Positions 10,121 through 19,242 of a stretch of DNA of 64,000 nucleotides are shown here, in pieces. The notes beneath the pieces were generated by a model, which worked only from the letters and a program-made list of their open reading frames with translations, made no database searches and had not been told where the DNA came from. The stretch lies in NCBI GenBank assembly GCA_963758635.1, contig CAVWWD010000008.1, forward strand, positions 1,237,078 to 1,301,077. The letters run 5' to 3'. The stretch comes from an uncultured Candidatus Rokubacteria bacterium (GTDB lineage: Bacteria > Methylomirabilota > Methylomirabilia > Rokubacteriales > CSP1-6). Every line of letters starts with the position of its first letter. Positions within the stretch are counted from its first letter, which is position 1. A program made the translations under genes and the position numbers.

Positions 10121-10489
10121 GCAGCTACCAGCGATGGACAAGGCCTCGATATGGGCGGCAAATAGATCTTCAAAGTGGACCCCGGGCGCCCATATCTGAG
10201 AGGCGATCCTCATAGGCTGTAAGGACGGCCAGTTCCGTCGACGGGCCCCGTGCATACGTCGAACTCACGACGAGACGCAGGGCGTATCACCTTCCCCGAC
10301 GCCGACCCAGCTGTACCGCGACCTGTTTGTGAAGCTCGAGGTCTGGTGGGCGAGACGTTACGACATCACGTGCCTCGGCTGCAGCACGAGCAAGAAGGGT
10401 GGGAACGACTACCTCACCTTCGAGACCCAGAGTCCGGCGTGACAGCGCCGAGCCGTTGCTACGACGTGTTCGTCGATCCGATCGAGTAG
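10117..10489 (+). CDS. Putative OB-fold/SSB-like phage protein (frameshifted)
   Basis: Fragments FKWT, GCKDGQF, YDVFVDPIE; position directly before an exonuclease; identity is inference. Confidence 0.35.
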
Positions 10490-10491
10490 CC

Positions 10492-11265
10492 GTGAGCGTG
10501 GCGTACCCGGACCCAGCAAGGTTCTATCACGATCGGCGGCCAGCGTCTACCCGAGCGTGACCACCATCCTGTCCGGGGCGATCAACAAGCCCGCGCTGGG
10601 CCCCTGGTACGCGAAGGAGGAGCGCCGTCACTTCGAGACGGCGCTCCTCGACGTGCTGGCGTAAGCCCGGCGCACGGGATCCCGAGTGGGTGCTCGGCGA
10701 GCTCGCCCAGGCCGTCGTCGGCGTCAAGGCCGCGGACCGCGCCAAGCAGCAGGCCGCGAGCATCGGCACCGCGGCGCACGCGCTCATCGAGTATCACCTC
10801 CGCGTGCAGCTCGGCGAGGATCCCGGCCCGCGGCCCGTCGTCCCGGATCCGGCGCTGTGGGCCTTCGAGGCGTGGAAGCGACTGGGCCGCCGAAGGTCAA
10901 CCTCGTGCCGCTGGCCGTCGAGCGCGTCGTGCACGATCCGCGTCAACGGCTACGACGGGCACGATGGACCTGTACGCGAAGGTCAAGGGCGAGTTGACGG
11001 TGCTCGACTGGAAGACGGGGCGAGGCCGTCTACCCGGAAGCGTTTCTCCAGAACATCGCGTATCGCCACGCGGCCGCGCTCGACGACATGCCGTCGACGC
11101 AGGGCCTCGTGGTGCGTCTCCCGAAGCTCGTGGACGATCCGGCGCCCGAGCCCGTGTGGGTGCCTCCGCACGTCCACATCACCGACTTCCTGGCCGCGCT
11201 CCGTCTCTGGCGCTGCTCTGCGCCGGCTCGAGGGACGGCCGATCGGCTCCTGGCGAGCCGCGTGA
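10492..11265 (+). CDS. PD-(D/E)XK phage exonuclease (frameshifted)
   Basis: PSVTTIL..INKPAL..W, GTAAHALIE, GY.GTMDL, VLDWKTG, FLQNIAYRHA. Confidence 0.8.
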
Positions 11266-12091
11266 GAAAGGAGCGCCTCCGATGACCCCCGTCAACTCAC
11301 GACTCGTTGGCCACAGCGCGCAGCGATTGTGCGCCGGTTCTTCGAGGACCGCCGCGCGGCGAGACCCTGGGACCTGGCATGCGTGGTCCCTGGAAAACCC
11401 CGAAGAGGACCGACATCTCCATCGGGCGCTGACGCACGACCGCTTTCTATCGCTGCATCCACTCCCTGTCCCTACGACGAACTTGACGCGTACTTCTCCG
11501 GCAGTGTTCGCGCTCGTTCATGGTGGCCGAGTTCAAGCGCTGGCTCGACGCGGACCCGGCACGGCGCTGTCGCCATGAGGAGGAGCCGCCTCGATGATAG
11601 GCTCGAGCGCCTCCTGGCCAAGTACCGCTGGTCGCCGGCCGAACGGGAGCGCCTGCTGCGTCTTCACGCCGCGGCGAGCGGCACACCGCCCCACCACCAC
11701 CCGATCCACCCGAGCAGCCGCTGTTGATCCCCGGGATCCGGCTGAGGGTGTGGCGCCGAAGCGGCCTGCGGCGATGCCGAAGCGGACGCGGCGATGAGCG
11801 AGCCGCGGCGGTCTGCCGCACCACGGAGAGATGCTGCGCGCGGTCATGGCCGGCTGGCTATGGCGCAGCATCCCGTTTTATACGCTGCCCTCCTCGCCGA
11901 GAATCGCTTGGCAACGAGGAGCTCGCCGAGCTGACCGGGCGCGCCCGGGCCATCGTGCGGGACGCACGCGCGCTCGCGGACGCGATGCGCGCGTGGGCGG
12001 AGGGGCACATCGCGCGGTCTGTGCGAGGACGCGTCGACCAACGCGATCACGAGCACCGGAACCCCACACCACACAGCCAGGAGGACCCGTG

Positions 12092-12506
12092 ATGAAGATT
12101 GACCTTGATAGATCATCCTCGATATCGATACCGGATATCCGGCGGTGGCGCTGCCGCGCATCGACCTCAAGAGCCTCCAGACGATCGACGGATACGTGCT
12201 GGACACGCTCCGGGCGGACGACGGGACCGGATGATCCTGATGGCCCGCCGTGCCGAGAGCGACCTCGTCGCGCTGCTCTGGCCCAACGAGTTTGACCCCG
12301 TGGGCAAGGTGCTGACGTTCCTCCTGGCCGAGAAGCGAAAGCTCGAAGAGGACGGATACCGTCTCGGGCTCGACTACGACCCGAAGTACGAGCAGGTCCC
12401 GTACTTCTTTCCGCACGTCGCGATCACGTGCGTCTTTGACGGCACCCTGGGCGAGGACGCACGTGATCCTCGGACTACGAGCTGCGGCTGTTCCCGGGAT
12501 GAGTGA
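12092..12506 (+). CDS. Hypothetical element protein (frameshifted)
   Basis: RBS AGGAGG; protein-like C-terminal part (LLWPNEFDPVGKVLTFLLAEKRKLEEDGY). Confidence 0.5.
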
Positions 12507-12509
12507 GCG

Positions 12510-12731
12510 ATGACCACGCTCACCAAGCCCCTCAGCCGGCGTACGCCCTGGCGCGCCCCGTACGGCGTCACCCGGGACGTTGTCATCACCCTCTACCCGG
12601 GCGGCACGATCGGGCTCCGGGAACATCGGCGACGCCGGGAGGTCCGGCTCGACGCCGCGGCGCTCTACGCCCGCGCCCTTGCCACGGAGGCCGGAGATGC
12701 GCGCCGGCGTCGTCGCCGGTCCCTCCGATGA
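12510..12731 (+). CDS. Small basic phage-type hypothetical protein
   Basis: MTTLTKPLSRRT...VVITLYPGGTIGLREHRRRRE; packed between neighbours. Confidence 0.6.
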   Translation: MTTLTKPLSRRTPWRAPYGVTRDVVITLYPGGTIGLREHRRRREVRLDAAALYARALATEAGDARRRRRRSLR

Positions 12732-12797
12732 AGGCGTCGTCATGAATCTGATCAACGAGCTTGGGACCATGGATCAACAGCCGACTGGAGGACGACG

Positions 12798-13280
12798 ATG
12801 ACGAATGAGGGAGAGCGCATGCGCACGTCACCGTGGAACCCGTACGAATCGATGGACTACCCGCACTGCGAGCAGTGCCCCACGGAGGTCCCGATCCGCG
12901 TGCACGACGCGTCACTGGCTGAACCGACGTACGTCGCACGCCGCTGCGACTGGGAGGCGCGCCACGAGTTCGACGCGTACACCGCCGTCTGCTGGACCCT
13001 CGACGCCGCGGACAGGCCGTACAGGCAGATGCACGTGTCCTGCGCGTGGTGCCTGATCACGCAGGACACCTTCTGCGTCCCGGAACTGCGCGTTAGCCAG
13101 CCCGGCGTGGTGATGGCCACGGCAAGGGGTGCCGCGCTGGGTCGGCTGCCTCGACTGCGCCGAGACGATCGCGTGGGGGCTCATCACCGCCGAGATGTGG
13201 TGGGCCATGCCCGTGCGGAGCTCGCCGGATACCGCTCCGCGACCGAGCCTCCCCCTCCACCCCGGTGGATGGACCGCTGA
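12798..13280 (+). CDS. Cys-rich (CxxC) hypothetical protein
   Basis: CEQC, CAWC and (other frame) CLDC motifs; RBS GGAGG. Confidence 0.5.
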   Translation: MTNEGERMRTSPWNPYESMDYPHCEQCPTEVPIRVHDASLAEPTYVARRCDWEARHEFDAYTAVCWTLDAADRPYRQMHVSCAWCLITQDTFCVPELRVSQPGVVMATARGAALGRLPRLRRDDRVGAHHRRDVVGHARAELAGYRSATEPPPPPRWMDR

Positions 13281-13603
13281 TGGCGAAGGAAGACTGGATC
13301 GAAGCCGCGGAGAAGTCGCCACGTATGGCGCCGTTCTTCGTGGCGGTCGCGCACGGCGCGCTCGTGAAGGAGATGCCGGCGCCTGAGCATCCGGGGTTAT
13401 TCTGGTACTGCGCCGTGTGTGCGGAGCTCGTGGCCAGCGAGGACGATGACGGCGCACTACGCCCTCGACGGGGCGCACCTGGCCATCTCGCTCCGCTGGG
13501 ATGGAAGAACAGCGGGCCCTGGACGCTGGCGGCCCCCATCGAACGTGCGCTCGCGCGTCAGCGGGAGAAGCGTACTTCCCAGGGGGAGCTGCAATATGAC
13601 TGA
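13280..13603 (+). CDS. Hypothetical protein with CxxC
   Basis: TGATG coupling to upstream ORF; WYCAVCAE. Confidence 0.5.
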   Translation: MAKEDWIEAAEKSPRMAPFFVAVAHGALVKEMPAPEHPGLFWYCAVCAELVASEDDDGALRPRRGAPGHLAPLGWKNSGPWTLAAPIERALARQREKRTSQGELQYD

Positions 13604-14062
13604 CCCGGGTCCGCTGCCGCTGCCCGAGCGCGTGCTGCTCTACCTCCGCGCGTGCAGCCGCGACCTCCCGCTGTCGTTCGGCGAGACCTGCGCCGACCGG
13701 AGCATCGAAGCCTTCGCGAGAATCGCCGGCGTGACGCGGGCGGAAGCGCGGCACGCGTTCCGCGAGGCGCTCGCCGACCGGCCACATCGTCCTCACCAGG
13801 AGCACCGAGCCATGATCACCTCCCCGCCGGACTGGCTGCTCGACACGGTGGTCAGGCGGTATCACAACCACCACTGCTTCCGGTACATGTACAACCTCTT
13901 CACCGACGCGGCAACTCGACGACGAGGCCGATGCTCGCGCAGATGCTGGGCTGGATCGAGGCCGACGCCGCGCAGATCACGCCGGCGTGTGCGCGCGAGG
14001 TGCGCGACCTGATCCGCCGGGCCGAGGCCGAGGGCGCGGACGCGGAGGCAAGACGAGGATGA
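13596..14062 (+). CDS. Hypothetical element protein (frameshifted)
   Basis: RBS GGGGAG; protein-like sequence continues in a second frame (MLAQMLGWIEAD). Confidence 0.45.
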
Positions 14063-14454
14063 GTGACCGACGACGCTAGATCGTGCTTGCCAAAAGACCA
14101 CGTTAGCTGCTGGAAGACGACTTGACCGACCTCGCCGACTCACGTGCGCTCTGGACGCGCTGCCTCGGTTTGCCACTGTGCTGACTGGACCGATGCTCGG
14201 GAAGCTTTTCCCAGAGAGGGCGACGAGACCCTCATCCTTGCCGCTATCGAGCGCCCATGCGATCTCGATTGATGCGCGCAGCTGTGCCGAGCGCGATCAG
14301 ACTCTTGCGCCCATCAAGGTTACGTGCTAACGGTACCAGCCGTCGAGGCTGCGGCCGGAAGAGCCTGCACGCCGACCTCGTGGCGCAGGCGAAGCTGCGC
14401 ATGGTCAACGTGTACCTCGAACATAGCTGCGGCGTCCGGCGCAGCCGACGACCG

Positions 14455-14772
14455 ATGACGGCGAGCCCGGCGGTGGGCGTCTGCGTCACCTGTGGCGCGC
14501 CCGCGCGGCGCCGGTGGTGCGTGCGCTGCCTCGTCGCCATGGCGCCCACGGTGCGCGCGCACGCCGATCACCTCCGGCGCCTCATGGAACAGATCGTCAC
14601 GCCGGAGAGGATCCGCCCGCCCACCCTGGTGTCCTGGCTGGCCGGCGCCTCGTGGGCCGAGATCGAGGACCTCCTCGCCGCCATCGACGCCGAACTGGAC
14701 CGGCGCGGCCGGCGTAACGGCCCTGACGCGAGTGGACGCGGTGTGACCTGGAGTGAGAGCCATGATGCCTGA
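14455..14772 (+). CDS. Zinc-finger hypothetical protein
   Basis: CVTCG...WCVRC followed by helical C-terminus. Confidence 0.5.
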   Translation: MTASPAVGVCVTCGAPARRRWCVRCLVAMAPTVRAHADHLRRLMEQIVTPERIRPPTLVSWLAGASWAEIEDLLAAIDAELDRRGRRNGPDASGRGVTWSESHDA

Positions 14773-15276
14773 CCGCCGCGCCGAAGCCGTGTGCCGCGAT
14801 CACGCTGCCCGTCGCTGGTCACGGCCTCGACGCCGTGTCCGCGCGCATGGCACGCGCGGACCCGGCCGCGATGGACCGCACGCGTCTCCGCCCGCGCGCC
14901 GCGGCTACGGAGGCAGTGGTCGTGGCATTGTCGCGCCAACGCGTCGCGGCGAACGACGCCGAGCCTCTGCGTCGAGCGCGCACGCGCGGGACGCGTGGTC
15001 ATCGCGCGACCGAGCTCGACGCACGATCGTGCCGCAAGCGCGCAGGCGGCAACGACGAGCCTGACCAACATTGAAGATGCGACTCTGTCGCGCCCACCGC
15101 AACGATGAAGGGCCGCGGCGCGAGGGCACGTGACCACCCTGGCCTCGGATTTATGCCCGTCGCCGCGCATGTACATCGCTTGCCCGTCCTGCGCATGGAA
15201 ACGATCCGAATCCGACGCTTGACGGCAGGGGCCCGCTTGCGCCTGGGGCGGCCCACGCCGGCGTAAGATCGGGCAC

Positions 15277-15679
15277 ATGCCGCCCGCGGTCTGAGGCCGA
15301 GACAGATCCGTCGCGAGCTGCTCACGAGAGCACGGCGACACGCCGGAGACGAGGCGCGTCGTCGACCAGGCCATCGCCTTCCTGCTGCGCGCCGAGGAGG
15401 CGCACGCGGCGCTGGTGGCGCACGGCGGCGCTGACGATCGTGACGGGCAAGGGCGTGTTCCCGCACCCGGCGGTGACGATCGAGCGGACCGCGCGCTTGG
15501 CGTTCCTGACCTCGCTGCGCGTGCTCAACCAGAGGCCGAAGCGCCAGAAGATGGGCGAGACCGCTGATGGGCGAGGCGCCTGGACGGCGGCCGCAGCCGG
15601 CTTCTTCGCCCCGCCCGCGTCGCCGGCCCGACGCCGCCGCGCGGCCCGCTACATCACGCCCATCACGCCCGCCGTGTAA
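15277..15679 (+). CDS. terS: P27-family terminase small subunit (frameshifted)
   Basis: RAEEAHAALVAHG..TIVTGKGVFPHPAVTIERTARLAFLTSLRVLN fits the HPA-x-x-x-ER-x-x-R pattern of P27 TerS. Confidence 0.65.
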
Positions 15680-15688
15680 GCCGCGGCG

Positions 15689-15889
15689 ATGGCGGGCGAG
15701 CCCCAGGCCTACTACACGCATTCGCGCAGGTCGCCGCTCTCTACCACGATCAACGAGCGGACGCTGAGACACTGGATCTCCAAGGGCGCCGTCCAGGCGA
15801 CCCGCGTCGGCCCCGGCGGGACGATCCGCCTGAGCGCGAACGAGGTGAAGAAGCTGGCGCGCGAGACCGGACGGGCGCCGGCATCCTGA
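15689..15889 (+). CDS. Excisionase-like HTH protein
   Basis: INERTLRHWISKGAVQATRVGPGGTIRL. Confidence 0.65.
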   Translation: MAGEPQAYYTHSRRSPLSTTINERTLRHWISKGAVQATRVGPGGTIRLSANEVKKLARETGRAPAS

Positions 15890-15940
15890 CATGGACCCGC
15901 CTTGTCTTTCCCGTACCCCTGGTGGCCACGCTCGGTCCCG

Positions 15941-16160
15941 ATGGCGGAGCTGGAGTGGGTCAAGGTGCGCGAGCTGGCGGCGCGGGAAGGCGTCGATCCG
16001 AAGACGATCTGGGCGATGGGTCGGCGAAGGACTTGGTCGAGAACGCGCCGCCTGGCGACAGGCGACCGGTGTCCGCGTCCGCATGCGCACCGCCGAGGAG
16101 CTACGCGGCCCTGACCACGCCGCGTGCCGTCGTCCCGCCGGCCGCCGCCGCGCTGAGCCT
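15941..16160 (+). CDS. HTH DNA-binding protein (frameshifted)
   Basis: EWVKVRELAAREGVDPKTIW; end approximate. Confidence 0.5.
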
Positions 16161-16234
16161 TTCTCCTTGCGCCTCGCCACGCCCCCGCGCATCCTCGCCG
16201 CAGGGAGGACCAAGGTGATGAGAACGAGATCCCC

Positions 16235-17296
16235 ATGATCATCGGCACTGCCCGCCGACAACATCGTCGCCTACGTGGAGGCCCAGCTCGGCCCGCTCGA
16301 CGACCTGCCGATGGCGGTCTACGTGCGGCGAGCGCCCCCGGAGCGCCGCCCAGGAGACGGCGGCCGTCCTGGGCGCAGTGGGCCTGCGACCATCCGGCCA
16401 CCCCGTTTCCGTGACCTCGCAGCGCGACCAGACCCGGCAGCTGATCGCCTCGCTCGAGCGCGAGATGAACCGGCCGCCGGCGCCGCGGCGGACGATGGCG
16501 GAGCTCGAGCAGGAGATCGCGCGCACCCGGCGGCTCGTCGCCGAGGCGCCCGTGATGGCGATGGGTCGGACGGTCGGAGCCCGCGCCGGCGTCCACGGGC
16601 CCCGGGGAGCCGCTGCAGGCCGTCCGGGAGCGCGCGGACGTACGCCAGGTCGAGGCGGAGCTCGCGGCCGCCCTGGCGGGCCGCACGCAGGCCGCGGAGC
16701 GGCTGGCCGCGGCGCTCCGCAGCGCTCGCGGTGGCCGAGCAGCAGGCCGGCGAGGACGTGGACGCCGGGCGCGGATCTCCCGGCGGCGCTCACCGGGGCG
16801 CACGTCGCGCGCGCGCGACGGCGGAGAGTCACGGTGCGCGTGGCCCAGCAGGCCGTCGAGGGCGCCGAGGCGCGGGCCCAGCGCGTCCGCGGCCAGGCCC
16901 GCGACGAGTACCGCCACGCCCTCGAGGCAGGCGCAGCGCGCCGCTGGTGCGTGAAGCTGGATGCGCTCCTCCTCGAGGTGGGGACGGTGAACACCGAGCT
17001 CGGCGTGCTCCACCAGGCCGCGCTGGTGAACCTCGGCGCCCGGGAACGGATGGGGCAGCCGCGCCGGCGTGTTCGGCCCGCTGGCGAGCGATCGCGGCGA
17101 GATGCCGATGGCCGTCTGGGCGCTGGCGTCGAGCGCTGCGGCGACGCGAAGCTGCGGCCGCGGAGCGACGACGCGGACTGGGCGGCCGTCTGCGCGCCGC
17201 TGCGTCAGCCGGCGTTTGCCGCTCCGGCCGATCCTCCCGCGGGCGCCGGCGCGCGATCCCGCGCTCGTCGCGCTGCTCGATGGCGCCGAGCGGTAG
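16235..17296 (+). CDS. Ala/Arg/Glu-rich coiled-coil protein(s), frameshifted
   Basis: Helical segments (QLIASLEREM, MAELEQEIARTRRL, KLDALLLEVGTVNTEL) spread over frames. Confidence 0.4.
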
Positions 17297-18055
17297 CGCG
17301 TGGGGGCGGGGCGGGTGTACTCCGTCTCCGTTCCTGGCCTCCCCACGGCTCCGGCTGCTCCAGGCGCCGGGGCCGTGGGGACGGCTCTCGCCGCTGTGAC
17401 CGTCCCGGTCACACCCGCGCGCCGATGATCCCCGCCGTCGCCAGGCTATCAGCCGGACCAGCCCGGTGCGACCTGCCTTTCAGCGGGCCCAGGACGGCGG
17501 CTATCAAACACAGGGACTCGCGGCCGTCGTCGAGCTGCGAGCATCGTCGTCGAGTTCTCACCGGTCACGCGCGGCCCGCGGCCGAGCGTCCCCACGAGTG
17601 GTGGGGGCATCCGCCGCGCTGTTCGGACGCTGCCCATGCGCTACCGCGTGGCGATCGACCTCGAGATCGTCGTCACCCTCGACACCAGGACCACGGTGCC
17701 GCGACTACGTCCGCGAGGTCGTGATCCCCGACGACGACGAGGTCCTCGCGCTCCTCCTGGCCACGACGGGCGTGACCCTGCCCGATGACGAGGAGGTTCT
17801 CCTTCTCCTGGCCTCGACGGCGCCGCCGGCCACGCCCCGCGGCCCGCGATGTCGCTAGCGATGCTCGCGGAGATCATCGACGAGGACGACGCGCTCTGGT
17901 TGCGCCGCTCAGTCCGTGCTTAGGGACGCCGAACAGCCGCGTGCCATATACGTGCCATCCGAGGGGCAGAATTGACTAAGTACGACACGGCGCGTCGCGC
18001 GCTAAGTGCGCGGAAAGACAACAGTGGCAGCAGCGCTCGGTCCCCGCTGGCCCGA

Positions 18056-18100
18056 CTCACATGCCAGGGGTCGCAGGTTCAAGTCCTGCATCGTCCACCA
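18056..18100 (+). repeat. attR (45 bp duplicate of tRNA-Val 3' half)
   Basis: Identical to 3545-3589. Confidence 0.95.
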
Positions 18101-18129
18101 ACATCCTTCTCGCGAACCTGCCCCGCCGC

Positions 18130-18984
18130 TTACGCGCCCGTCCCCGCCGCGCGCTTGTGGAAGTACCGCTTGGCCTGCTCGTAGCCGCACTGGAAGAGGC
18201 ACTCCTTGTCGGCCACGCTCAGGTCGAGCTGGAGCGTGTGCACGCCGCTGACCTGGATCAGGATGGTGTCCTGCCACAGCGTGCCCGGCACGCGCTGGTT
18301 CTCGAGCGCGTTCAGCATCGTGTCGAGGAGGATCTTCGCGAAGTCCCAGGGCCAGAGCCGCGCGCGATCGGGGAGCTGCCGCGTCTCCGCCGAGACCATG
18401 CGCAGCATCACCGTGCGCACGGGCGGACCGGCGCAGCGGGCGGCCATGAGCTCGAGCCCGCTGGGGATCCACGGCATGAGCTGGCCGTCCACGAGGAGCC
18501 GCTTCTCGATCCGCTGCGCGCGCCAGACCCACGGGATGGACATCGAGCAGCGCACGGCCTTGCTCACCTGCATGCCCGGCGTGGTGTAGCGCGAGAAGAA
18601 GAACGGCTCGCGGCCCACGAGATCGGCGGCGGCCACGAAGAAGTCGCGCTCGAGATCCTCGAAGCGCGCGCCCTTCAGCCGGTCGTCCATGTAGCGCTCG
18701 AAGCTGTTGCCGAGGTAGAGGCCGCCCTCGAAGAGGAAGCCGCGCAGGCTCCAGTCGTTGAACTCGGTGAGCTTCGTCTCGAGGACGCCGCGGTGCATGT
18801 CCGTCACCGACCACCCCGCGGCGAGCAGCGCGCCCACGATGCTGCCCGCGGAGACGCCCGGGACGTTGACGATCTCGACGCCCATCTCCTCGAAGGCGGC
18901 GAGGGCACCGACGTAGGCGGGAAAGCGCACGCCGCCCCCCGCCATCACGAGGTTGATGCGCTCGCCGCCCGAAGCTTCGGTCAT
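18130..18984 (-). CDS. Patatin-like phospholipase
   Basis: GGGVR oxyanion motif, GVSAG nucleophile elbow, CSMSIP, VDGQ. Confidence 0.9.
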   Translation of the reverse strand: MTEASGGERINLVMAGGGVRFPAYVGALAAFEEMGVEIVNVPGVSAGSIVGALLAAGWSVTDMHRGVLETKLTEFNDWSLRGFLFEGGLYLGNSFERYMDDRLKGARFEDLERDFFVAAADLVGREPFFFSRYTTPGMQVSKAVRCSMSIPWVWRAQRIEKRLLVDGQLMPWIPSGLELMAARCAGPPVRTVMLRMVSAETRQLPDRARLWPWDFAKILLDTMLNALENQRVPGTLWQDTILIQVSGVHTLQLDLSVADKECLFQCGYEQAKRYFHKRAAGTGA

Positions 18985-19242
18985 CGTGAAACTGTCCTGC
19001 CGTGGCCACGCGCCGGCCGCGGCTGCCCCCAAACCTAGGCGACCGGCGTTGGGGTGTCAAGCAAGCCCGCGCCGTTTCGACACGACCCGGCCGCGCGTGC
19101 GCAACTTCTGCGCCCTCGCCGCGCCGGACAGTCTTTGGTCGTCGGGGGTTTGCGCGTCATCATGCTAGAGTTGAGATCGAAGTTGGAAGTGTCAGGTCGT
19201 TCACAACACTTCGGGTCCCGCGCGATGGGAGGGGTGCATCCC

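Larger units (their letters stand above)
3545..18100. mobile_element. Integrated phage-satellite-like (PICI-like) element, ~14.5 kb, in tRNA-Val
   Basis: Perfect 45-bp direct repeat of the tRNA 3' half at both ends; integrase, Xis-like HTH, primase, ori, terS; no capsid, portal, terL or tail genes recognised. Confidence 0.9.

Noticed and set aside
18030..18100. Second tRNA gene
   Set aside because: Only the 3' 45 nt match; no D-arm or 5' acceptor strand; it is attR.
18130..18984. Patatin (or RadC JAB) as part of CBASS defence
   Set aside because: No CD-NTase or E1/E2 genes; patatin lies outside attR and radC is the full-length housekeeping form.
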